Origin: a virus
Taxonomy: Duplodnaviria > Caudoviricetes
IMG/VR virus record: IMGVR_UViG_3300029305_001221
Span: 18,537 to 82,536 of that record
DNA length: 64,000 bases
Direction: 5' to 3' (one strand)
Shown: one piece after another, positions 38,767 to 47,380 of the stretch
How positions within the stretch are numbered: position 1 is the stretch's first letter
How the letters are laid out: each line of letters starts with the position of its first letter
The notes under the pieces: generated by a model
What the model was told of the DNA's origin: nothing
What the model saw: the letters and a program-made list of their open reading frames with translations, nothing else
Databases searched by the model: none
Translations under genes and position numbers: made by a program

Positions 38767-41514
38767 ATGAATTCCGTTGTGGAAGAAATGAGAGCCATAC
38801 TCGAAGGCGACGAAGATGCGCTGTTACACTATGGCGTCAAGAGACGTTCTGGCAGATACCCCTGGGGCTCGGGGGATACGCCTTTCCAGCGTAGCGGAGA
38901 TCTATTGAGTCGAGTTGATGAACTCAAAGATCAGGGCTTGTCTGAGAAAGAAATTGCTGACAGCATTGGTCTGTCTACCACTGATTTGAGAATGCAGGTT
39001 CGAGTTGCTAATCATGAGAGAAAGCAGCTTGAATACGACAGAATCAAGTCTATTATGGACGACGGTATTACTAGTCCTACTGAGATTGGTAGAATTATGG
39101 GTAAATCTGAATCTACCATTCGTTCTATGATTAAGGAAAACACCGTTGCCAATCGTAACAGAGCTCGTGCTACTGCCGAGACTCTTAAGGCCGAGCTTGA
39201 GACGAAGGGAATCCTGGACGTTGGTGCTAATGTCGAATATGACTTGGGCTGTTCTAAGGGAACTCTGAAAGAAGCTCTGTTTATTCTGGAAACTGAAGGC
39301 TATAAGCACTTTGGTGTTGGTATGCCTCAGGTTACTAACAAGAAGCAGCAGACTAACCTGGAATTGATTGCTAAATCCGATAAGGATATTAGTGAACTTC
39401 AGAGAGACGTTTACAATGACTATAGTCTTGTTAAGTCTGTCGGTGAATACCATTCCAAAGATGGTGGTAAAACCTATGCAAAGCTTGAGTATCCTGCTAG
39501 TTTGGACTCTAATCGAGTAGGTATTCGTTATGCCGAAGAAGGCGGTAAGAGTAAAGATGGCGTCATGGAGATTCGTCGTGGTTGCGCTGATCTGGATCTC
39601 GGTAACTCTCATTATGCTCAGGTTCGAATCCTTGTTGATGGAACTCACTATCTCAAGGGCATGGCTATGTATGGTGATGACAAGGACTTTCCTCCTGGCA
39701 TCGACCTGATGTTCAATACTAACAAGTCTGTTGGTACCGATAAGATGAAGGTCCTTAAGAAGATTAAGGAAGATGACCCTGACAATCCGTTTGGTGCGAA
39801 CATCAAAGCCAACGGTCAGAGTAAATACATAGACAAAGACGGTGTTGAAAAGCTTTCTCCTATTAATAAATTAAAAGAAGAAGGCGAATGGGACACTGCA
39901 TCTTCTAAGAATCTGTCGTCTCAGTTCCTTTCTAAGCAGCCTATGCAGCTTATTAGAAAGCAGCTTGATCTTACTTATGCTGACGCAGCTGCTGAATACG
40001 ATGAGATCTGTTCTCTGAACAACCCGACCATCAAGAAGAAACTCTTGCTTGAATTCGCTGATAACTGTGACGGTTCTGCCGTCCATCTTAAGGCTGCAGC
40101 TCTGCCTAGACAGAAGACTCAGGTTATCCTGCCTGTCGATGCATTAAGAGACAACGAGATCTACGCTCCTAACTTTAGACATGGCGAAGAAGTATTCCTG
40201 GTTCGTTATCCTCATGGTGGTACTTTCGAAATCCCTCGTCTGAAGGTTAACAACAATAATAAGTCTGCTAAGAATGCCTTGGGTAACACTACTGATGCAG
40301 TTGGTATTAACTCCAAGGTTGCAGAGAAGCTGTCTGGTGCGGACTTCGATGGTGATACTGTCATCGTCATCCCTAGTAACAACAAGGTTAAGATCTCGTC
40401 CAAGGATACGCTGAAGGATCTTAAGGACTTCGATGCTAAGGTCCAGTACTCCACTGAAGGTAAGACTGGTATCCGTCTGATGAAGGAGTCTGAGAAGCAG
40501 AAGCAGATGGGGATTGTCTCTAACCTTATTACTGACATGACCCTGCAGGGGGCTAAGGAATCGGAGATTGCTAGAGCGGTTAAGCACAGCATGGTTGTTA
40601 TCGATGCTGTTAAGCATAAGCTGGACTTCAAGCAGTCTGAAAAAGACAACGGTATTGCCGAGCTTAAACAGCGGTACCAGAAGCACATCAATGAGGATGG
40701 TACTGAGAAGTATGGTGGCGCATCCACTCTGCTCTCTCGCCGTAAACAGACGGTAGAAGTACCTGAGACTAGAGGCTCCGGTAGGATAGACCCCGAGACT
40801 GGTAAGGTTATCTACAAGACTACTGGTCGTACCTACATCGATAAGGATGGTAAGGTTAAGGAGGCTACTAAGAAGGAGAAGCTCCTCCTCATGGTGGATG
40901 ATCTACACGACCTATCTACTGGTACCCCTCAGGAGGAGGCCTATGCTGACTATGGTAATAAGATGAAGGCGTTAGCTAACCAGGCTCGTAAAGAGTATCT
41001 GGCAACCCCTCGTCTTAAGTACGATCCTAGTGCAAACGTTACTTATAAGGATGAGGTTAACTCTCTGCTGTCTAAGCTTAATACTGCAGCTAAGAACGCT
41101 CCTAGAGAACGACAGGCACAGGCTATTGCTAACTCTGTAGTCAAGGCCAAGACCAATGCTAATCCTGATATGGGTAAAGATGAGGTTAAGAAGCTTAGAG
41201 ATCGTGAGCTTCATAAAGCTCGTGAATCTGTTGGCGCTGACAGTAAGGGCTCTAAGTTCACACTTACTGACAGAGAATGGGAAGCTATTCAGGCTGGCGC
41301 TATCAGTGACTCTAGACTGACCAGCATTCTTCGCTACACTGAAGACAGTGAGATCAGACAGCGCGCAACGCCTAGAACTGTTAGCACATTGTCTAGCGCT
41401 CAAGTCACTAGAATCAAAGCCCTTGCCGCGAATGGTCACACAAACCAAGAGATCGCTGACATCATGGGCAAATCTACATCTACAATTTCTAAGTATTTGA
41501 AAGGAAGTGATTGA
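38767..41514 (+). CDS. Putative single-subunit two-barrel (double-psi beta-barrel) RNA polymerase with four HTH motifs
   Basis: Catalytic loop LSGADFDGD preceded by LVRYPH (the conserved R-x-P of DPBB-B); candidate DPBB-A lysine in THYLKG; three N-terminal HTHs and one C-terminal HTH. Confidence 0.75.
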   Translation: MNSVVEEMRAILEGDEDALLHYGVKRRSGRYPWGSGDTPFQRSGDLLSRVDELKDQGLSEKEIADSIGLSTTDLRMQVRVANHERKQLEYDRIKSIMDDGITSPTEIGRIMGKSESTIRSMIKENTVANRNRARATAETLKAELETKGILDVGANVEYDLGCSKGTLKEALFILETEGYKHFGVGMPQVTNKKQQTNLELIAKSDKDISELQRDVYNDYSLVKSVGEYHSKDGGKTYAKLEYPASLDSNRVGIRYAEEGGKSKDGVMEIRRGCADLDLGNSHYAQVRILVDGTHYLKGMAMYGDDKDFPPGIDLMFNTNKSVGTDKMKVLKKIKEDDPDNPFGANIKANGQSKYIDKDGVEKLSPINKLKEEGEWDTASSKNLSSQFLSKQPMQLIRKQLDLTYADAAAEYDEICSLNNPTIKKKLLLEFADNCDGSAVHLKAAALPRQKTQVILPVDALRDNEIYAPNFRHGEEVFLVRYPHGGTFEIPRLKVNNNNKSAKNALGNTTDAVGINSKVAEKLSGADFDGDTVIVIPSNNKVKISSKDTLKDLKDFDAKVQYSTEGKTGIRLMKESEKQKQMGIVSNLITDMTLQGAKESEIARAVKHSMVVIDAVKHKLDFKQSEKDNGIAELKQRYQKHINEDGTEKYGGASTLLSRRKQTVEVPETRGSGRIDPETGKVIYKTTGRTYIDKDGKVKEATKKEKLLLMVDDLHDLSTGTPQEEAYADYGNKMKALANQARKEYLATPRLKYDPSANVTYKDEVNSLLSKLNTAAKNAPRERQAQAIANSVVKAKTNANPDMGKDEVKKLRDRELHKARESVGADSKGSKFTLTDREWEAIQAGAISDSRLTSILRYTEDSEIRQRATPRTVSTLSSAQVTRIKALAANGHTNQEIADIMGKSTSTISKYLKGSD

Positions 41515-41517
41515 TGA

Positions 41518-41790
41518 ATGAGAGTTTCCATGTTAACTACTGTTGACAATCCTTACGATCCTTTCGATAACTTCGATTCTTGGTATCGTTATGACATGGA
41601 CAAAGGTTATTCTACTTGCTGCTATCTCGATAGAATCTCTCGAACTTCCGATCAATTGACTGAGGAAGAGAATAATGATGAGAATGAACGTGCTATCAAC
41701 GAGATTCTTAAGTATGATTTCCAAAATCTATACAAAAAAGTTAGCAGAGAAGAAACAAACGAGATACGTGTGAGTACTGGTGAGGAGTAA
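41518..41790 (+). CDS. Small acidic protein downstream of the RNAP
   Basis: [33 protein letters not shown]. Confidence 0.75.
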   Translation: MRVSMLTTVDNPYDPFDNFDSWYRYDMDKGYSTCCYLDRISRTSDQLTEEENNDENERAINEILKYDFQNLYKKVSREETNEIRVSTGEE

Positions 41791-41910
41791 ACCACCCAAG
41801 GGGGGGGTCTTCGAAAAATACACCCCCTACCCAGATCGCGCGCCTCATTGATATTTTCCCGGGGGTCGATTTTTGAAAAACAATTTCACTTTTCGCCCCC
41901 TGGGTTGTTT
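41791..41910. other. Probable physical genome end (cos region); candidate 9-nt overhang CGCGCGCCT at 41837-41845
   Basis: Intergenic junction between RNAP module and virion module; G8 run 41800-41807, C5 41823-41827, CCCGGGGG around 41858-41865. Confidence 0.5.
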
Positions 41911-41947
41911 TATATTATCAGAAATTTTAGAAAGGAGCTGACATCCG

Positions 41948-43576
41948 ATGGCCCATGAACATAGGATCTATGATACTGACAGGCATTTTCAGATCAATCC
42001 TGTTACTCGAGCAATTTCTAATCCCAGTAACAAGGTAACTCTTATTCAGTATGACCATAATTCAGAGCTGTTCGGCTTTGAGATTCCGCGTTATGTCGAC
42101 GGCCACGACATGTCGCTCTGTAATCGCGTCGAAGTTCATTATATTAACATCGGTGCGAAGTCTCAGAATACTGGTTTATACGAAGTAACTGATTTACAGG
42201 TTCTTCCCGAAGATGAGGATATAGTTACTTGTACCTGGCTTATTTCTCAGAATGCAACACAGCTTGTCGGTAGTCTTCATTTCATTGTTAGATATGCTTG
42301 TGTCGAGGAAGATAATACAATTTCCTATAACTGGAACACGGCAATTTATTCTAGCATTAAGGTCTCGAGCGGTATCTATAACTCTGAGCATGTGATCGAT
42401 CAGTATGCCGACATTCTCGAGGAGTGGAAACAGGCTCTCTATGCAGAAGGTCTTAAGATTAGTTCTGTTGAACAGACTGTTGTCTCCACAGAGGATAGTG
42501 GTGTAAATGAGTTTACCTTTACCATGACTGACGGTAGTAAAAACATTTTCATCGTGAGAAATGGTTCCAAGGGTGATATTGGTAATCCTTTCACTTATGA
42601 GGATTTTACTGCTGAACAGTTGGCAGCACTTACTGGACCGACTGGCTCCTCCATCAAGACTATCACTAGAACTTCTGGCACTGGAGCTGCTGGTACCATC
42701 GACACTTACACGGTCGCTATGACCGATGGTTCAACTTCGACTTTCCAGGTTTATAATGGCGCTGATGGTGAGGATGGAGCCTCTATTCAGTCTATTACTC
42801 GAACTTCTGGTACAGGTGCCGCTGGTACTACTGACACTTACACCGTTACTCGGACTGACGGAACTGTGTGTGGCACCTTTAATGTCTATAACGGCGCTAA
42901 CGGAACAGGTGCTGGCGATATGACTATGGCTGTCTATGATCCTCAGGGAAAGGCGCAGGATATTTTTGCTTATGTCGATAACGCAATTAGCGACATTCCG
43001 ACTCCTGATGTATCCGGACAGATCAAGATTCATAATACCGACACCACTGCTCACGCGGATATTCGTGCTGCCATAGACGCGATTGAGATCCCGACGGTTC
43101 CCACCAAGGTGAGTGCGCTTGAGAATGATAGTGGCTATATAACTGCAGACGTAATTCCCACGGATGTAAGCGCTTTTACGAATGATAGCGGCTATATCAC
43201 TACAGATGCAATTCCTACGAAGACTAGCGAATTGACTAATGATAGCGGTTATATCACCGAAAGCGCAGTTCCTACGAAGACTAGCGAATTGACTAACGAT
43301 AGCGGCTATATCACTACAGATGCAATTCCTACGAAGACTAGCGAATTGACTAATGATAGCGGTTATATCACTGCAGACGCAATTCCTACGGTTCCTACGA
43401 ATGTTAGCGCTTTTACAAATGATAGTGGCTATATAACCGCGGAAGCAATTCCTACGATTCCGACCAACGTAAGCGCGTTCACGAACGACAGCGGTTATGC
43501 GACTGAGACATATGTGGACTCCGCTATCGGCGATATCGCTACTGTACTCGATTCTATTAATGGCGAGGTGATCTAA
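41948..43576 (+). CDS. Virion fibre/adhesin with BppU-like N-terminal domain, collagen-like triplets and NDSGY repeats
   Basis: N-terminal QYDHNSE-F-FEIPRYVDGHDMSLCN domain shared with 52307 and 58634; GxxG triplets. Confidence 0.72.
   Translation: MAHEHRIYDTDRHFQINPVTRAISNPSNKVTLIQYDHNSELFGFEIPRYVDGHDMSLCNRVEVHYINIGAKSQNTGLYEVTDLQVLPEDEDIVTCTWLISQNATQLVGSLHFIVRYACVEEDNTISYNWNTAIYSSIKVSSGIYNSEHVIDQYADILEEWKQALYAEGLKISSVEQTVVSTEDSGVNEFTFTMTDGSKNIFIVRNGSKGDIGNPFTYEDFTAEQLAALTGPTGSSIKTITRTSGTGAAGTIDTYTVAMTDGSTSTFQVYNGADGEDGASIQSITRTSGTGAAGTTDTYTVTRTDGTVCGTFNVYNGANGTGAGDMTMAVYDPQGKAQDIFAYVDNAISDIPTPDVSGQIKIHNTDTTAHADIRAAIDAIEIPTVPTKVSALENDSGYITADVIPTDVSAFTNDSGYITTDAIPTKTSELTNDSGYITESAVPTKTSELTNDSGYITTDAIPTKTSELTNDSGYITADAIPTVPTNVSAFTNDSGYITAEAIPTIPTNVSAFTNDSGYATETYVDSAIGDIATVLDSINGEVI
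43090..43510 (+). repeat. Seven coding tandem repeats of about 57 nt (19 aa, IPTKTSELTNDSGYITxxA)
   Basis: NDSGY x7; near-exact DNA duplication at a 114-nt period around 43191-43370. Confidence 0.9.
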
Positions 43577-44472
43577 TGGGAACGATTGTTGATAAGTTGA
43601 ATAAACTCCTTTCTACGAAGAATGCGATTAAGGCTTCTATCATAGCTAAGGGTCAGACTATTTCCGATACCGACCCCTTCGCTAGCTACCCCGCAAAGAT
43701 CGATGCCATTGAGACCGGAGTTGACACGAGCGACGCTACAGCTACTGCTGGCGATCTACCAGAAGGTGTGACTGCTTATGTTAATAGTGAGAAGGTAACT
43801 GGTACTGTTCCTGTAAGTAAGGCCGGAAGCTCTTTACCATCTGATTATTACACAGTAGGTGTAAGCGCAAACGGAGTCGTTGCAAGAGGTAAGGTAACAT
43901 CTGACTACTTAGTTCGCTCTGGTGGATATACCAGAATCGAGATTCCCGCAGAAAATTTCGGTGACGCTACCGCCGTCGATGTTGCTTCCGGCAAGACCTT
44001 CACTAGTGCTGCTGGTTTGAAAGTTACCGGTACCATGGTTGCAGATGGTTGGGAAAAAGTTCAATTCATGCTCGAAGGTTCCGGAGAAGCTAGTTTGTCG
44101 ACTGATATTTACGGCAACGGCGTGTTTTATATAGATTTCGCATCTCCTATATCGGATTTTTGCGGTTTATCTATATTTTACGAATACGATGATGGTCCTG
44201 GTTATCAATCGTATGCTTCGTCTATTGTGCCCGGATTTAGTGATGATACGTTTATAGGTATGTATCATAATTTTGACTGGGCTAATGAAGATTCTGATGG
44301 ATTTATTTCTGGAACAGAGGGAGACGCCCTCTATGATTGGGGTATTACTGCTTCCTTAGTATCGTCCACGAGAATTAAAGTAGATATGAACGAATTAGGC
44401 AATTGGCTCATGGACTCTAGTGATGCTAGCGGTCACTATGGGACCGGAACCGTCTTTGTCAAATACGTATAA
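43576..44472 (+). CDS. Tail fibre-like virion protein
   Basis: DKLNKLLSTKNAIKASIIAKG N-terminus and DATATAGD...TAYVN-EKVTG repeat typical of phage fibres. Confidence 0.65.
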   Translation: MGTIVDKLNKLLSTKNAIKASIIAKGQTISDTDPFASYPAKIDAIETGVDTSDATATAGDLPEGVTAYVNSEKVTGTVPVSKAGSSLPSDYYTVGVSANGVVARGKVTSDYLVRSGGYTRIEIPAENFGDATAVDVASGKTFTSAAGLKVTGTMVADGWEKVQFMLEGSGEASLSTDIYGNGVFYIDFASPISDFCGLSIFYEYDDGPGYQSYASSIVPGFSDDTFIGMYHNFDWANEDSDGFISGTEGDALYDWGITASLVSSTRIKVDMNELGNWLMDSSDASGHYGTGTVFVKYV

Positions 44473-44512
44473 TAATATACACACGCTGCCAATGTTAAAA
44501 GGAGGAATGTCC

Positions 44513-45337
44513 ATGTCTGTTTATAAAATTCCTCGCAAAATTGCACGCTTTGAGATTTTTCGACCCAAGACGACGTTAAAGTCCTGGCTATCGAAACAGT
44601 CGGATAAACCTGATATTCTGTTTAATGCGAGCTTATATACAGGCTCATACGTTCCATGTGGCACGATATGGAACGATGGGGAATTAGTTAGCAACCAGGG
44701 TAAAGGTTTCGGCTTCGGTACAGTTGATAAAAAGACTGTTGAATTTGGACAACCTTGGGACAAGAAATGGTACGATTTTATAACCGGTTATTATGGGCTT
44801 GTCCAAAACGGTAAAGCTATCGACCCTCCCTGGAAGGACGCTTATGTATTCGACAAAGCTCTGAACCGTATCGCTTTTGGTCAACTTAAGTCCGGAGAAT
44901 TCGCAATATTCTGTGAAAATGGAAAAACCATCAAGCAGTATGCTGTCGATGCGGAACGAGCTGGTTTCAAATCCCTCTGTAATCTGGACGGCGGAGGTTC
45001 CAGAGCCCTCTATTGGCTCGGCAAGTGGGTTCACACTAGCACGAGAACTCCGTACAACGCCGTCGCTATATGGTTGGAGCCAAAGAAAACTATCGTAAAA
45101 CCATCTATAAGTGCTGGTAAAGAGGTGAGTTCTGTGCAGGTAGTCTGTAATGCGAAGACGAAAGTCTACAATTCTAGTGGTAAAGTCGAAATTGGTCGCT
45201 ATATCACCAAAGGCGACATTTGTGAACTGACGAACAAACTAGACCTCGACAATCTTCAGGTTGAGATCATCTATCCTGCAGGTGTCAACATGCGAACTGC
45301 GTATATTAAAGACTTGGCTAATTTTACCAAACTATAA
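44513..45337 (+). CDS. Phosphodiester glycosidase (NAGPA-like) domain protein with a possible SH3-like C-terminus
   Basis: FNASLY, NRIAFG, NLDGGGS motifs. Confidence 0.75.
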   Translation: MSVYKIPRKIARFEIFRPKTTLKSWLSKQSDKPDILFNASLYTGSYVPCGTIWNDGELVSNQGKGFGFGTVDKKTVEFGQPWDKKWYDFITGYYGLVQNGKAIDPPWKDAYVFDKALNRIAFGQLKSGEFAIFCENGKTIKQYAVDAERAGFKSLCNLDGGGSRALYWLGKWVHTSTRTPYNAVAIWLEPKKTIVKPSISAGKEVSSVQVVCNAKTKVYNSSGKVEIGRYITKGDICELTNKLDLDNLQVEIIYPAGVNMRTAYIKDLANFTKL

Positions 45338-45355
45338 AATCATTAATTAAGGTCG

Positions 45356-45390
45356 GGAGGGGATGCATAGTGCTTCTCCTCTCTATATCT
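45356..45390 (+). terminator. Possible terminator
   Basis: GGAGGGGATGCA TAG TGCTTCTCCT CTCTATATCT. Confidence 0.45.
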
Positions 45391-45415
45391 TATTACTAAG
45401 GAGGTTATATAACAT

Positions 45416-47365
45416 ATGTCTTTTAACGCACGAATTAAAAACAAAAGAGACACAGCTTCCAATTGGGAAACCAACAATCCGATACTGTTAGCCGGTGAAT
45501 TGATCATCGTCGATACCAATGCAGGTGACGTCAGATTCAAGATCGGTGACGGTACCAAAACCTACACTCAGCTTCCGTTCCAGGACGAATCGTTATATAA
45601 CGTCCTGAGTACTAAGGCCGATTCCGCCGATCTAGAGTCTCTTCAGGCTTCCATCGTTCAGTCCGACCTCTCTCAGACCGACTCCACTCAGATTGACTAC
45701 GTGAAGGGTGTTCTTAGAAATGAGCATCTACCCGAGGGGTATCCGTATAAGAGCGAAGAAACCATTCTGGATGGTACTTTTGAGTTTGTAGACAGTGATG
45801 GTGTGTATATGCGCCAGATCGCGGATGAGAACTTTACCTATGTCGATGGTAAATCTTATACTGTTATTTGGGATGGCGAAGCTTATCAATGTGTTGCTAC
45901 TACCGTTTATAATATACCTGTACTTGGAAATCTTGGGATTGCGGGTATGACCGATACAGGCGAACCGTTTTTGTTCATGGATCAGGGCAATGGTCAGAAA
46001 ATTATTGGAACAAACGACACTGCCGCTACTCATACGGTTACCGTTTGTGCGGAAATCGCCTACCCCATGTCCGAGGAGTACTTGCCTGACCATACTCACA
46101 GTCAGTATCTAACCGCTATTCCTAGTGAATACGTCACTGAGACTGAACTGACCGCTAAAGGTTATCTAACCGCTATTCCTAGTGAATACGTCACTGAGAC
46201 TGAACTGACTGCCAAGGACTATGCTACCAAGACCGAAGTGGCAGCTAAGGCCGATTCCGCCGATCTAGAGTCCCTTCAGTCTGAATTCGATGACCATACT
46301 CACGACTTCTCCGAACTGACCGTCACCGATCCCGAAGCTGCCAAGACCGCTCTCGCTATTGAGAATGGGATGGTGCTGAAGAATCTGCAGGCGGCGATGC
46401 CGAGTTCTAAAATCTGGAATACGGTCGCCTACGGTAACGGTAAGTTTGTAGCAGTAACATCTAGCGCTAGTTCTAAAATCATAGCATACAGTGAAGACGG
46501 TGTCACCTGGACATCTGCTGGCCTGCCTACGTCTTCAAAATGGAACTCCATTACCTATGGTAACGGTAAGTTTGTAGCATTGGCGTATTCATCCAATCTT
46601 GTAGTATACAGCGAAGATGGTATCACTTGGAATTATGCCACACTCCCTATTAGTGACATTCGGATTGCCGTCGCCTATGGTAACGGTAAGTTTGTAACAT
46701 TAGAACGTGGGGGTGACGCCGCAGCATATAGCGAAGACGGTATCGCTTGGACTGCTACCACGTTGTCTATTATTAAAAATTGGAGCTCCATTACCTATGG
46801 TAACGGTAAGTTTGTAGCAATATCGGAATCTGCTACTGCAGCATACAGCGAAGACGGTATCACTTGGACTGCTACTACTATGCCTAACAATGGCAATTGG
46901 AAGACCGTCATCTACGGTAATGGAAAGTTTGTAGCTGTGGGAAGCGGTGAGACCATTGCGGCCTATTCCGAAGATGGTATCGCGTGGGCTGCTACTAATA
47001 ATATGCCTATTGGTCAAAGATGGTGGTCTGTCGCTTATGGTAATGGTAAGTTTGTAGCAACAGCGGAGTCTTCTGATATTGCAGCATACAGCGAAGACGG
47101 TATTACTTGGACTGCTACTACTATGCCTGGGTCTAAAAACTGGTATTCCGTCGCCTACGGTAATGGTAAGTTTGTAGCTGTGTCAAATGATGTTGCAGCA
47201 TATAGCGAAGACGGTATCACTTGGCATTCCGAACTTAAGATGATCACCCAAAATGGAGAAGATGTCACTGCCGACACTCTGATCGTCCTGGATCACACTC
47301 ATGATGAGTATCAACGTACTCTGACTATCACAGACGATGGCGCCGGTAATGTAGTCATTTCTTAA
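45416..47365 (+). CDS. Receptor-binding-type protein: Mtd_N/hyaluronidase-like N-terminus + 7-bladed YGNGKFV beta-propeller
   Basis: NWETNNPILLAGE...FKIGDG; 7 x W..YGNGKFV...YSEDG.W; 60-nt duplication YLTAIPSEYVTETELTAK. Confidence 0.78.
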   Translation: MSFNARIKNKRDTASNWETNNPILLAGELIIVDTNAGDVRFKIGDGTKTYTQLPFQDESLYNVLSTKADSADLESLQASIVQSDLSQTDSTQIDYVKGVLRNEHLPEGYPYKSEETILDGTFEFVDSDGVYMRQIADENFTYVDGKSYTVIWDGEAYQCVATTVYNIPVLGNLGIAGMTDTGEPFLFMDQGNGQKIIGTNDTAATHTVTVCAEIAYPMSEEYLPDHTHSQYLTAIPSEYVTETELTAKGYLTAIPSEYVTETELTAKDYATKTEVAAKADSADLESLQSEFDDHTHDFSELTVTDPEAAKTALAIENGMVLKNLQAAMPSSKIWNTVAYGNGKFVAVTSSASSKIIAYSEDGVTWTSAGLPTSSKWNSITYGNGKFVALAYSSNLVVYSEDGITWNYATLPISDIRIAVAYGNGKFVTLERGGDAAAYSEDGIAWTATTLSIIKNWSSITYGNGKFVAISESATAAYSEDGITWTATTMPNNGNWKTVIYGNGKFVAVGSGETIAAYSEDGIAWAATNNMPIGQRWWSVAYGNGKFVATAESSDIAAYSEDGITWTATTMPGSKNWYSVAYGNGKFVAVSNDVAAYSEDGITWHSELKMITQNGEDVTADTLIVLDHTHDEYQRTLTITDDGAGNVVIS

Positions 47366-47380
47366 AGGGGCTGATAATTC

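Noticed and set aside
43090-47230. CRISPR-like periodic repeats
   Set aside because: All periodic repeats are in-frame coding repeats without unique spacers; the Cas4-like gene is a standalone phage nuclease.
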